From Candidatus Daviesbacteria bacterium (GTDB lineage: Bacteria > Patescibacteriota > Microgenomatia > Daviesbacterales > UBA10151): a stretch of DNA of 64,000 bases. A program made the position numbers and the translations under genes. Location: NCBI GenBank assembly GCA_016432425.1, contig CP066688.1:20368-84367 (forward strand), read 5' to 3'. The notes below the pieces were generated by a model that worked only from the letters and a program-made list of their open reading frames with translations, was not told the DNA's origin and made no database searches. Positions 26,977 through 37,178 of this stretch are shown piece after piece; within the stretch, counting starts at the first letter, position 1; each line of letters opens with the position of its first letter.

Positions 26977-28282
26977 TGATTTTTTTCTGGAGGTACTCTG
27001 GAAGAACTTCAATCTTCACCCGATCCTGAAGAGCACTATCTCTCTCCCGGACTGTGGCTGTTTTATCTTCCAAGCTTTGAAAATCTACTGTCACACAAAA
27101 AGGTGTCCCTATTTCATCTTGTGAAGCATATCTTCCGCCAATATTACCTCTCTCATCCCAGGCTACCAGAAAAACTTCCCGGAGGTCAAGATAGATTTTT
27201 CTGGCTAAATTTATCAGTTCTGGTTTATTACCCAGTAGTGGAAAAACAGCTGCTTTATAGGGGGAGAGTTTCTTCGGCAATTTCAATTTAACTTTACCAT
27301 CTATTTCTTCATAAGAGTTAACTAATACTGCCAGGACAGAACGGTCCACTCCCCAGGTGGGTTCAATCACATGAGGCCAAAATTCCTTTTGAGTTTCCGG
27401 ATCCTTATATTTAGTATTTTGACCACTTGCTTGTTCATGGTTTTTTAAATCAAAATCCCCCCGGTAAGCCAAGCCATATAACTCTTTGATACCAAAGGGG
27501 AATTCAAACTCAAAATCAATGGTCCTTTTGGAATAATGGGCCCGCTCTTTTTCAGGAACCTCCAACTCATGCACTTTTTTAGGATCTAACTTTAAATCAT
27601 TTTTTATCCAAGAAAGCATAGCCTTTCGCCAATGCTCAAAAACCTCCTGCCACTCTTGATCACTTTGGGGAGGGGCAATAAAATATTCAATCTCCATTTG
27701 TTCAAATTCCCGGGTCCGAAAAATAAAATTACCGGGGGTAATCTCATTTCTAAAAGCTTTACCTATTTGAGCAATTCCAAAAGGAAGTTTTTTGCGGGAG
27801 GTATCCAACACATTTTTAAAATCTACAAACATCGCCTGAGCTGTCTCTGGTCTAAAGTAGGCAATATTAGAAGACTCTTCAGCCGGTCCAATAAAAGTTT
27901 TAAACATCAAATTAAAACTTTTAGGAACAGTCAAAGATTTTTTGGCGTTACAGCTAGGGCAATCTGTCCCTGCTACTTGATCTGCCTTAAATCTCTCGTG
28001 GCACTTTCTACATTCCACCAGCGGGTCAGTAAAGTTTTCCAAGTGTCCAGAAGCTTCCCAAACTTTAGGGTTCATAATTAAGGCTGCATCAATTCCCACA
28101 ATATCTTCTCTCTGGTGGACAAATTTCTTCCACCAAAGTTGTTTAATATTATTTTTAAGCTCTACCCCCAAGGGACCATAATCCCAAGAATTAGCCAACC
28201 CTCCATAAATTTCGGAGCCGGGATAAATAAATCCCCGCCTTTTGGCTAAAGAAACTATTTTTTGTAAAAAATTATTATCCAT
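26969..28282 (-). CDS. glyQS: Glycine-tRNA ligase, alpha2 (GlyRS-1) type
   Basis: SEIYGG, DYGPLG, FNLMFKT, RPETAQ, GKAFRNEITP, REFEQMEIE, DEIGTP. Confidence 0.95.
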   Translation of the reverse strand: MDNNFLQKIVSLAKRRGFIYPGSEIYGGLANSWDYGPLGVELKNNIKQLWWKKFVHQREDIVGIDAALIMNPKVWEASGHLENFTDPLVECRKCHERFKADQVAGTDCPSCNAKKSLTVPKSFNLMFKTFIGPAEESSNIAYFRPETAQAMFVDFKNVLDTSRKKLPFGIAQIGKAFRNEITPGNFIFRTREFEQMEIEYFIAPPQSDQEWQEVFEHWRKAMLSWIKNDLKLDPKKVHELEVPEKERAHYSKRTIDFEFEFPFGIKELYGLAYRGDFDLKNHEQASGQNTKYKDPETQKEFWPHVIEPTWGVDRSVLAVLVNSYEEIDGKVKLKLPKKLSPYKAAVFPLLGNKPELINLARKIYLDLREVFLVAWDERGNIGGRYASQDEIGTPFCVTVDFQSLEDKTATVRERDSALQDRVKIEVLPEYLQKKING

Positions 28283-28283
28283 C

Positions 28284-28934
28284 TCACCTCTGTTTTAAAA
28301 ACTGGCGGGATTTTAACTGCCCTTCCAGGGTTCTTTCAATATAGTAACGTAAATATCTTTCTAATTCTAGAGCTTGAATCTCGGTTATCTGCATTTTTTC
28401 AATCTGATCCCAGTCAAAATTTTGTAAATCCTCTAGTATTTTCCTGATTTGTATTGACACCCCGGGGGTGGAAGTAGGGTTTGAAGGGAAAAAAGTGGCG
28501 AAGCCTAAGACTGATAGTATTTTAACCTCAAAAGCCCTGATTAAAATTTGCCGAGGATTTCGAGAAAGTTTCTCCAGTACTCTAACTAAATATTCATATA
28601 AAATTTGATTTTCTTGGCCTTCAGCGGTAATTTTATCTACTAGTTCAATCAAATGATAAGCATAAGTGGAAAGCGTTAAATCTGCTTTTAATTTGGGATA
28701 AGTGTCCAAACTCTCCGCTTCAGTCAAAATAGGCATTCCCTTACCTTGATGGAAATACATAATCGCCCGATTTAGTAGTTCTACGTTGCCGGCCCGGCGA
28801 GAGGTAATCCGGCGCACCCCTTTAGCTAAAACAGAAATTTTACCTTTTTTTTGTGAAAAAACTGTCAAAATCCGATCCGCCTCTCCAAAATTACGTCTTT
28901 TTAAAATAATTCCCTCTGTTTTAAAAGAAAACAT
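28284..28934 (-). CDS. recO: DNA repair protein RecO
   Basis: TEGIILKRRNFGEADRILTVFS...GKISVLAKGVRR; no Zn finger. Confidence 0.92.
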   Translation of the reverse strand: MFSFKTEGIILKRRNFGEADRILTVFSQKKGKISVLAKGVRRITSRRAGNVELLNRAIMYFHQGKGMPILTEAESLDTYPKLKADLTLSTYAYHLIELVDKITAEGQENQILYEYLVRVLEKLSRNPRQILIRAFEVKILSVLGFATFFPSNPTSTPGVSIQIRKILEDLQNFDWDQIEKMQITEIQALELERYLRYYIERTLEGQLKSRQFLKQR

Positions 28935-28969
28935 AGCTAGATTTTATGCTAAAAAAGGTGGGTGTGCAA

Positions 28970-30862
28970 TTAAATATCAAATTTAAATTCTTTATCTTGA
29001 TCTAGCTTAAAATTAGCTTCCTGGGAACTGTTTAATTTAATAATATAGCGGAAGTCTTTGGCTCCGGGTTGCTTCTGAATTAATAACTCATATTTATCTC
29101 CCGGTTTGTAGGGAATAATATATTCAAATTCTAGCTTGCGGGAATTTTGGGGCCTGACTGTAATAAAAGCCTCAAAAACAGTTTTGTCTAAATCTTCTAA
29201 AGTCCTGACCCCATCTTCTGAGCCTTTAGAAAAAAGAAGTTTACTACCTTTGGGTACATAAACCCTGACATAATCACGGTTGATCCCGTTTAACCAAATA
29301 TTAAATGGCTGAGGATTTTTATACTCAATAGACAATTTCTTTTTATAACCATAAGTTCCATCAGACTGTTTGCTAATTTCTTGGGTTACGGTTTGCTCCA
29401 CATACAAATTAGACTTCCCTCCGGCAAAATTGGCATCATTAATGTGCAGATAATCACCGCTGTAAGGGCGAATTTGACCTGTCCAATTTAAATTTGAAAA
29501 TGAGGTTTGGACACTACTGTCATGCATGTAAAACATGACATGTTTGTGGTTAGCCAGTCGGACAATTGTCTCCAAAAGTTGTGGAATTCTTTCACTGCTA
29601 CTTCCCAGTGATTTAGCTAAAATTTGTTGCATTAATACTCCTAAAATGGCTTTGCGGTCTTGCTCTCCCCTGGCGGCAATCTCAGAATAATTTTCCAGCT
29701 CATAGATGACATTGGGACAGTTACAACGATGGTCAACTTTGGCAGAATAAGGAGTGCCAAAAATATCAATCGGACCGGTGACCTCGATCAGCTCTTCTAC
29801 CACCTGAGAATCAATAAAAATCACCCCATCAAAAGGTAGGCCTTGCCCTAGCAGTTGGTACATTCTCTCAAATTCTTTGGCTGAAGTTGGCAGGTGCGGC
29901 GAGATATTAGAATCTCTCATACTCCAAGCAGATCTCGCCTTGCCTGAAACTTCCGGTAAATATTTGACGATAGGTTCTGGTGGGGCTAAAGGGCAAATCT
30001 TTGATTGGCAAGTAGCCAACAGCCGCTCATCCAAGCGGTAAATGTCATCGGAGATAGTGGTGGAAATTTGCCCTTTATCAATCCGCAAAAAGGCAAAAGC
30101 GGTGATAAAGCCACCAGTGGGGCGGATTTCTTTATCATTTTGGAATAACATCAGATAATTTTTGGGAGAGTTAATCCCCAGCATGGTGGGCAGCTGCTGC
30201 AGGATATCCCGGTGATTGCTAACCACCTCATCTGCTCCAACTATAAAATCTTTGCTCATTCTGACTAATTGACCAAAGGGCATCCCTCGAAATTCATTAG
30301 GATATTTATTAGTATCAATATTTTCGACACTGCGGCGAGCTTTCTTAAATTGCGGTTGGACACTATCTAGATAAGGCAAAGCTGCTTGCAACAGCTTAAC
30401 TCCTTGAGAAACTCTATCTGGACCAGATAAAGGTGCTCCAATAAAACCTAGTTCCTTTTCTTGGGGCCGCAATTTATTTAAAATAGTTTCTATAGCAGAC
30501 AGTTCTTCTACTCCGGCCCCAGTTAAACTGCGGATATCGGAATAATATCCGCCAACAAAAGGGATGGGGCTCATCCAAATTAAGAAATTCAGCGAAGTAT
30601 TCATCTTTTGTAGTGACTGTTTAGTCGCAGTTACTTCTTGTTGTAATTGTCCAAAATTTTGATTCTGATAAGCAGCAGCCACTGCTTTGGAGTGAAGTTG
30701 TAAATCCTTAACTCCATCAAAGATAATCTTGCCCGGTAAACCCGCTAAAATTACCAAAATTAAAAAAATAATGCCGATCCTAATTAAAAATCTTTTTGCC
30801 CAGGGAGAACGGTTATAATAGTTGCGTCTGTTTAGGCGATTGTTTAAATTAACTAAAGCCAT
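28970..30862 (-). CDS. DUF4012-type membrane-anchored protein
   Basis: NYLMLFQNDKEIRPTGGF, RDSNISP, DANFAGGKSN, YVRVYVPKG, IQKQPG. Confidence 0.85.
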   Translation of the reverse strand: MALVNLNNRLNRRNYYNRSPWAKRFLIRIGIIFLILVILAGLPGKIIFDGVKDLQLHSKAVAAAYQNQNFGQLQQEVTATKQSLQKMNTSLNFLIWMSPIPFVGGYYSDIRSLTGAGVEELSAIETILNKLRPQEKELGFIGAPLSGPDRVSQGVKLLQAALPYLDSVQPQFKKARRSVENIDTNKYPNEFRGMPFGQLVRMSKDFIVGADEVVSNHRDILQQLPTMLGINSPKNYLMLFQNDKEIRPTGGFITAFAFLRIDKGQISTTISDDIYRLDERLLATCQSKICPLAPPEPIVKYLPEVSGKARSAWSMRDSNISPHLPTSAKEFERMYQLLGQGLPFDGVIFIDSQVVEELIEVTGPIDIFGTPYSAKVDHRCNCPNVIYELENYSEIAARGEQDRKAILGVLMQQILAKSLGSSSERIPQLLETIVRLANHKHVMFYMHDSSVQTSFSNLNWTGQIRPYSGDYLHINDANFAGGKSNLYVEQTVTQEISKQSDGTYGYKKKLSIEYKNPQPFNIWLNGINRDYVRVYVPKGSKLLFSKGSEDGVRTLEDLDKTVFEAFITVRPQNSRKLEFEYIIPYKPGDKYELLIQKQPGAKDFRYIIKLNSSQEANFKLDQDKEFKFDI

Positions 30863-31498
30863 TTAAATTGCTCCTTTACCATAGAGTACTGCCGGAATAG
30901 TTTTTAAAATTAACCACAGATCAAAAAAAATACTTCTTTTTTGTACATAATCAGCATCCATTTTGACTCTTCTGTCAAAATCAATTTCTGAACGCCCCGA
31001 AACTTGCCAAAGCCCGGTGAGTCCTGGTTTACCTGATAAAATAATTTTAACATACTCACGGGACTGCGGATATTTTAACTGTTGCTCTTCTAACTCAAAC
31101 GGGTAGTAAGCCCGGGGTCCCACCAAACTCATTTCTCCCTTCAAAATATTAAAAAATTGAGGAAACTCATCAATGGAAAAACGGCGGATAAATTTACCAA
31201 TTTTAGTCACCCTGGGGTCATCAAAAATCTTGTAATTATTTTTTTTATATTCTTCCAACAGCTTGGGATTTTTTTCTAAAATTTCATGGGCATTTTTGAC
31301 CATGGAACGGAATTTATACATTTTAAAAAGTTTCCCGCTTTGCCCTACCCGTTTGGGAGTATCCGCAAAGATTGGCCCAGATGAATCTAATTTAATAGCC
31401 AGTGAAACTAGTAAAAAAATGGGGGATAAAATAATTATCCCCACTAGCGCCCCCACCAAATCAATTATCCGCTTCAGAAAATCATATAACATGGTCAT
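30863..31498 (-). CDS. Priming polyprenyl-phosphate sugar phosphotransferase (WcaJ/WbaP C-terminal family)
   Basis: KRIIDL, KFRSM, DPRVT, DEFPQFFNILKGEMSLVGPR, KPGLTGLWQVSGRS. Confidence 0.93.
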   Translation of the reverse strand: MTMLYDFLKRIIDLVGALVGIIILSPIFLLVSLAIKLDSSGPIFADTPKRVGQSGKLFKMYKFRSMVKNAHEILEKNPKLLEEYKKNNYKIFDDPRVTKIGKFIRRFSIDEFPQFFNILKGEMSLVGPRAYYPFELEEQQLKYPQSREYVKIILSGKPGLTGLWQVSGRSEIDFDRRVKMDADYVQKRSIFFDLWLILKTIPAVLYGKGAI

Positions 31499-31511
31499 TA
31501 ATTAGTTTACA

Positions 31512-32564
31512 CTACCGGGGCAACTGTTTGCTAAAATTAAGTTTAAAATTTTCCAGGGAAAAACGCCGGGCATTTTTCTGACAATCTTGAGGATTAATCT
31601 GGATATTTTCTAATCTTTTGATAGCCTTTATTAAACTTTCTACTGACTGCTGCGGAAAAAATACTCCGGTTTTACCGCCAATTACCGTTTCCAGCGCCCC
31701 ACCACTTTGATAAGCGATAACTGGTTTACCTAAAGCCTGAGCTTCCAGCGGTGTTAGACCAAAATCTTCTTCTCCTGCTAAAATCAAAGCCCGACAGCCA
31801 GCTAAAAGTCGTACTACCAATTCATCGCTCACCTGACCCAAAAACTCTACCCTGCTGTTACCATCCACCATCTTTCTTAAGTTACTCATCTGCGGACCGT
31901 TGCCTACAATTTTTAAAGGAATTTTTAATTTCTGACAAGCTGTAATTGCCAAATCCACTCTTTTGTATTGGTTTAATCTGGCAATTACTAAAAAATAGCC
32001 TCCATTAAAAATCTCTATGCCTTCAAATCTTTTCAAATCAATATAAGGGTATAAAACTTGAGAGTCCTTATTATAAACCTGTTTAATTCTCTCTTTGGCA
32101 TTTTTTGAACCGGCTAAAAAATAATCCACCCTGGCAGAGGAAACATGATCAAAATATCTTAACCAGTTTAAAAAAGGTATTTTAAATTGACCATTAAAAT
32201 TATATAAAAATCTGGGGGGACTGTGACAATAGCAAATGTGCACGGTTTCTGGCTTAGTAATAATTGCCTTAGCAAAACGGGTAGTATGAGAAATGACTAA
32301 ATCAAAATCAGAGAAATCGAACTGTTCAAAAGCAATTGGATAAAGGGGCAGTAATGCTTTGTAGAGAAATTTCCAACCGGGAATTTTTTGTAAAAAAGAA
32401 GTAATAATTTTTTTGTTAGCAAACCTTTCTTTTAACTGATTATTCGAATAATCGAAAACTGAAGTAAAAATTGGCGCATTGGGATAAATTTGTGTCAATC
32501 CTTCCAAAACTCGCTCCGCTCCACCCCACTGCACCAGGTCATCATGAACAATTGCTACGCGCAT
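31512..32564 (-). CDS. GT4 glycosyltransferase (WbaZ-like)
   Basis: HDDLVQWGGAERV, EEDFGLTPLEAQA. Confidence 0.9.
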   Translation of the reverse strand: MRVAIVHDDLVQWGGAERVLEGLTQIYPNAPIFTSVFDYSNNQLKERFANKKIITSFLQKIPGWKFLYKALLPLYPIAFEQFDFSDFDLVISHTTRFAKAIITKPETVHICYCHSPPRFLYNFNGQFKIPFLNWLRYFDHVSSARVDYFLAGSKNAKERIKQVYNKDSQVLYPYIDLKRFEGIEIFNGGYFLVIARLNQYKRVDLAITACQKLKIPLKIVGNGPQMSNLRKMVDGNSRVEFLGQVSDELVVRLLAGCRALILAGEEDFGLTPLEAQALGKPVIAYQSGGALETVIGGKTGVFFPQQSVESLIKAIKRLENIQINPQDCQKNARRFSLENFKLNFSKQLPR

Positions 32565-33649
32565 TTTTGATATACCTCCAAAGTTTGTTTAGCTAATTTT
32601 TTCCAGGAAAAATCTTTGACTCTTTGCTGGCCTTTTTTAATTAATTCCTGTCTTAAATTTTCATCATTTAAAACCTGTTGAATTTTTTCCATCATTTCCT
32701 CTAAATTATGGGGGTCAAAATATAAAGCAGCTTCTCCCCCTACCTCCAAAAGTGAACCAGCATTAGAAGAAACTGCCGGACAGGAAGAAGCAAATGCCTC
32801 CAACAAAGGTAAGCCAAAACCTTCCTCATACGAGGGCATGATAAAACACTCTGCATTTTTATATAAAGTTACCAGCTCGCCGTCACTCACAAATCCGGTA
32901 AAAATAATATCGGGATCCTGATATTTCTTTTTTAATTTTTCCCAAAAGAAATGATCATGTCCTGATAAAACTAATTGTAAGGATGGATCATTTTGTCTCA
33001 ATTTTAAAAATACTTCAATTAATCCTTCCACATTTTTATGGGGATGAACATTACCTATATAAAAAATATACGGCGGTTTGATACTAAATTTTTCCCTATT
33101 CAAACTACCTACGGCCGTGATAAGTTTGTCGTCAACTGCTTCCGGAGTAACTATGATTTTTTTATCATCCACCTTCCATTCGTTAATTAATTGATTTTTT
33201 ACAAAATTAGAAGGCGTCAAAATTTGCCGGGATTTTACTACAGCATTTGAAAAAACTTTTTTATAGCCTATTTTTTTTAAATGATAAGTTACAGGGTCTA
33301 AAGTAGTCGCCCTGTTCATAGGATAGTGCTGATGAATCAAGTCATGAATAGTAACCACAAATTTGCCCGTATAAAAAATCGGCACATTAAAATGGGGGAA
33401 ATGAACCAGATCGGGATTTATTTTTTTTAAGATTCCAGGAAGTTTAAATTGTTCTTGCAAAGTATACCATCTAAAATTTACTTCAACTTTTTGGAAATTT
33501 TGAGTTAATTTAAATCTTAAATCCTTTTGCAACAACAAAATAAAATATTCATTAGTTTGATCTAAGGTCTGTAATTCCTGCAACAGATTCCGCAAATACC
33601 TACCAATTCCTGATTCATTTATTAATCTGGCATCAATGGCGATTCTCAT
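32555..33649 (-). CDS. GT4 glycosyltransferase (MtfB-like)
   Basis: IDAR...GIGRY, VTIHDL, EEGFGLPLLEAF. Confidence 0.9.
   Translation of the reverse strand: MRIAIDARLINESGIGRYLRNLLQELQTLDQTNEYFILLLQKDLRFKLTQNFQKVEVNFRWYTLQEQFKLPGILKKINPDLVHFPHFNVPIFYTGKFVVTIHDLIHQHYPMNRATTLDPVTYHLKKIGYKKVFSNAVVKSRQILTPSNFVKNQLINEWKVDDKKIIVTPEAVDDKLITAVGSLNREKFSIKPPYIFYIGNVHPHKNVEGLIEVFLKLRQNDPSLQLVLSGHDHFFWEKLKKKYQDPDIIFTGFVSDGELVTLYKNAECFIMPSYEEGFGLPLLEAFASSCPAVSSNAGSLLEVGGEAALYFDPHNLEEMMEKIQQVLNDENLRQELIKKGQQRVKDFSWKKLAKQTLEVYQKCA
33098..33131. repeat. 34-bp palindrome, copy 3, inside the GT4 gene
   Basis: ATTCAAACTACC-TACGGCCGTG-ATAAGTTTGTCG; reverse complement of 33101-33123 matches 22290-22312 at 22 of 23 nt. 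Confidence 0.8.
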
Positions 33650-33659
33650 AAGGTTCCCC

Positions 33660-34553
33660 TCATACCGTGAGATTTCTTTTAGCTAAAGCCCACTTTAAAT
33701 TAATTCCTAAAAAGACTAGCCAATTAATAAAGAAGGGATAATTTTTCTCCAAATGTTTTTGATAAAAAATTTTCATAGTTTCATAAAAAGAATTAAAAGC
33801 TCGTAGCTGTGACTGCCTGGTGGCAGTAGAGATATTTTGGCTATGTTTTTTTAAGCCCGAAGCCACCCCTTTAAGGTGCAGCACTTTTACCTCTGGCACA
33901 TACATGATTTTAAAACCATTTTGTTTAATCCTAAAACACAAATCTAAATCTTCCCCGTATAACCAATAATCTTCATCAAATAAACCAGTTTTTTCTAAAA
34001 CAGATTTTCGAGTCAACATAAAAGCTCCGGCCAAAGCATCTATCTCGTGAGCTTTGCTCATAGGACGTTTAGTTAAATGGTATAAACTATCATCTCCTAA
34101 AAAGTAATATCTAAAAGCCGCCTCTGGAGTAGGCCAACCTCTGTGAGAGGCCCAATCTAATGTTCCATCAGCTTTTTCCACCCGACAAGTCGAAGCTCCC
34201 ACATCAGGATTTTCTTTCATAAAATTTAACATCAATTCTAATGTACCCGGCAAAACTTGGCTATCGGGATTTAAGATTAAAATATATTCATTTTTAATTT
34301 GTCTCAGAGCCAGATTATTAGCTTTACCAAAGCCTAAGTTTTGCTTTTCGAGTAAATAATTTACATGAGGATATTTTTTGCGCGCTTTTTTAATACTAGT
34401 GTCTAGCGAGGCATTATCTACCACCCAAATCTCTAGATTAACCTCATTTTTAACTTGCTCTAGTGAATCCAAACATTCCACTAAAAAATCACCGCTATTA
34501 AAATTGACAATCACTACGCTTAAATTGTTATTAATCTTTTTTAAAACTTTCAT
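33660..34553 (-). CDS. GT2 glycosyltransferase (WbbL-like)
   Basis: VVDNASLD, NLGFGKANN, LNPD, YGEDLDLC. Confidence 0.9.
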   Translation of the reverse strand: MKVLKKINNNLSVVIVNFNSGDFLVECLDSLEQVKNEVNLEIWVVDNASLDTSIKKARKKYPHVNYLLEKQNLGFGKANNLALRQIKNEYILILNPDSQVLPGTLELMLNFMKENPDVGASTCRVEKADGTLDWASHRGWPTPEAAFRYYFLGDDSLYHLTKRPMSKAHEIDALAGAFMLTRKSVLEKTGLFDEDYWLYGEDLDLCFRIKQNGFKIMYVPEVKVLHLKGVASGLKKHSQNISTATRQSQLRAFNSFYETMKIFYQKHLEKNYPFFINWLVFLGINLKWALAKRNLTV

Positions 34554-35721
34554 AGATGTGGCTTAAATTTTGGGCAATTTTTTCGTAAGAATATTCTTCT
34601 TCTACTAATTTGCGCGCTTTTTCCGCTATCTCCTGATATTTTTGCCGGTCATTTAATAAACCAATTGCCAGTTCCGCCAAAATTTCACTACTTTGGCCCA
34701 CCAATACTGACTGACCATTTTTGGCAGCTATTCCCTCAATGCCAATTTGGGTCGTTACCACTGGCACTTTGGCCGCCATTGCTCCCAAAATTTTTAATCT
34801 GGTACCCCCCGGGCCATACAAAGGAGCTACCAAAATACCGGCCTGCAAATAAGCAAGTCTTACTCCCTCGACATCATCAATTTCTAAATCCAGTAATTTA
34901 ATATGATCTCCTTTTAAATCATTTAATTTATCAGTATTTTGCCCCGCTATTATTAGCTGCGCTTCCGGAATCTGTTTTAAAATCCGCGGAAAAACTTCTT
35001 TAGCTAAAATATTAGCTGCTTCAATGTTTTGTAACCAGGCATAATTACCCATAAAAAGAATCTTTTGGGAAAAATGTAACGGTGGATTTTCCATTAAATC
35101 TTCACCCACTCCGTTAGGAACTACATCTACCCGCAAACCTTTGACCAAATTTTTCATAGCCTCTGCATCCCTGGTGGATACTGCCACCACCCGCGAAGCT
35201 TTTTTCCAAAAATAAGTTTCCCAAAATTTAATTTTTAAGACGTCAACCATCAGCAGCGGCTTTAAAAAAAAGAGGGGGAAATTTCGCACAAAATGATGAT
35301 AAACTTCAAATTCAATGGTTTGGTCAACTAAAATAATGGGGATTCGAGTTTTGGGAATATGAGGGCTGACATAAAAAGTTTCTGCATGAATAATATCAAA
35401 GTGGCTATTTGTTAAAATTTCCTGAATCTTTTTTTTCTCTTCTTTAGAATAATTCCTAATTACTAAAAACGGATATAAACTGGTGGCAGTCTTTAAAATA
35501 TTTGATATCGACCAAGGATGTTCTGCTCTTTTAAAAACAAAAACTTCCTGGCAATACTTTTTTAAATTATCAATATATTTTTTTTCAGATTCATATTTAA
35601 TTAAAGAACAAAGAGTAATTTGATGTTTTTGGGAAAGTTGTTTAATCAAATTATAAGAGCGGATTTGTCCTCCGCTTGAGGGCGGATAAGGTAAGTATGG
35701 TGTGAGCATTAATATTTTCAT
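34531..35721 (-). CDS. GT4 glycosyltransferase
   Basis: PYPPSSGGQIR, VPNGV, GGTRLKILGAMA. Confidence 0.88.
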   Translation of the reverse strand: MKILMLTPYLPYPPSSGGQIRSYNLIKQLSQKHQITLCSLIKYESEKKYIDNLKKYCQEVFVFKRAEHPWSISNILKTATSLYPFLVIRNYSKEEKKKIQEILTNSHFDIIHAETFYVSPHIPKTRIPIILVDQTIEFEVYHHFVRNFPLFFLKPLLMVDVLKIKFWETYFWKKASRVVAVSTRDAEAMKNLVKGLRVDVVPNGVGEDLMENPPLHFSQKILFMGNYAWLQNIEAANILAKEVFPRILKQIPEAQLIIAGQNTDKLNDLKGDHIKLLDLEIDDVEGVRLAYLQAGILVAPLYGPGGTRLKILGAMAAKVPVVTTQIGIEGIAAKNGQSVLVGQSSEILAELAIGLLNDRQKYQEIAEKARKLVEEEYSYEKIAQNLSHIYESFKKD

Positions 35722-37178
35722 GGCTCGGGATCGCTCCCCTCTAGCGGGTGTTGAATTTTAGTTAAATCAGCAATTACAAATTCTGAACTCTTTTTTAAAA
35801 CAGTAAAATGCCGAATCACCCAATTAGTTTTATCATCATAGGAGGTAGAAATATAATAATGTACTCCATATTCTGCCACCAAATCTACCAAGGGCAAAAC
35901 CGTCGTGGCAAAACCTGCCCGGTTAGTTTGATACAAAAAGGCAGTGTCACCGTTATAAGGAGCCACCACCAGCGCATCTTTAGGTAAAATTTGATCCGCC
36001 ATTCTTCCCGCTTGGATAATAGGGGGGTTGTTAATCTTATAAAACTCTTTTACCGGAACCCAAGTTAAATAAAAAGTTAACCCTAAGAAAATTAAACTTA
36101 AAGGTACACTTATCAACCGAGGAATCAATTCCTGCGAACGGTTAATCAAAAAATTTACACCCATTGAGACAAAAACAGCCAACACCGGGACTAAAACTGT
36201 TTGGTAATAATTATGCCTGACATTACCACTGGCAAAAATGGCGATATTTAAAAACATAGAAAATGCCCACCAATGGAAAAAATAATTTCTAGCTTCCGGT
36301 CGGCGCAAAAATCCTAAGAAAAACAAGAAAAACCCTGTTACTCCCAAAATCTCTCCCCCCAATCGGTTTTGAACTATCCACCACCAAAAAGCAGGTCTAA
36401 ATCTAATCCCATCCCCATTTATTAACCAATTAGAAGCCGGAATTCCTTCTGGTTGTTGCAAGATCCACAATCTCCATAGAATAAACGGTATCATTGCCAG
36501 CAAAAATAAAACCATAAATTTAAGTTGCCTCTTAAGAGGTTTTTGAATTCCCAAATAAATAAGCGGTAAGAAAAAAAAGATTGCCCAAGGTTTGATTAAA
36601 AAGGCAATACTGGTAAAAAAGACGGCCCACCATTTAAAATGATTTTCTTCAATAAATTTTATCCAAAAATAAATCATCCCCAAAGAGAAAAAAATTAAAG
36701 TTGGTTCCGGCAAGGTAGTCCGGGAGAAGAAAATATTAAATGGTAAAAAGGTAAAAATGGCAGTTGATAAAACACCTAAAAATTTCCCCTTGAACGCTCT
36801 GACAATTAAAAAAAGAAAGACGCCGGCACCTAAAGAAACTAGGGCAGAAACAAGTCTTAAAAATAAATCACTAATACCAAATAGTAAAAAGAGCGGATAA
36901 ACTAAAATATTATAGACAGGAAACTCGACAAAACGGAAACGGTCTGGATTAGGGATGGGTTTTTCCGCTACCCCAGACATATCGTCATATTTAGGTAAAA
37001 ATGGGTTAAAACCCTCTTTGACAAAATTGCGCGTTACTGCGGCAGTATCTGCCTGACGCCATGAATGCCAGTCAGCAATGGGGGCATTTATTTTATAAAG
37101 ACGCACTCCCAAACCCATTATTAAAATTAAGCTCAACCAAAAATACTGATTTTTAAAAATTGCCAGCAGTCTAATCAT
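35718..37178 (-). CDS. ArnT/PMT-like GT-C membrane glycosyltransferase
   Basis: Polytopic; DWHSWRQADTAAV, VEFP, SRTTLPE. Confidence 0.8.
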   Translation of the reverse strand: MIRLLAIFKNQYFWLSLILIMGLGVRLYKINAPIADWHSWRQADTAAVTRNFVKEGFNPFLPKYDDMSGVAEKPIPNPDRFRFVEFPVYNILVYPLFLLFGISDLFLRLVSALVSLGAGVFLFLIVRAFKGKFLGVLSTAIFTFLPFNIFFSRTTLPEPTLIFFSLGMIYFWIKFIEENHFKWWAVFFTSIAFLIKPWAIFFFLPLIYLGIQKPLKRQLKFMVLFLLAMIPFILWRLWILQQPEGIPASNWLINGDGIRFRPAFWWWIVQNRLGGEILGVTGFFLFFLGFLRRPEARNYFFHWWAFSMFLNIAIFASGNVRHNYYQTVLVPVLAVFVSMGVNFLINRSQELIPRLISVPLSLIFLGLTFYLTWVPVKEFYKINNPPIIQAGRMADQILPKDALVVAPYNGDTAFLYQTNRAGFATTVLPLVDLVAEYGVHYYISTSYDDKTNWVIRHFTVLKKSSEFVIADLTKIQHPLEGSDPEP

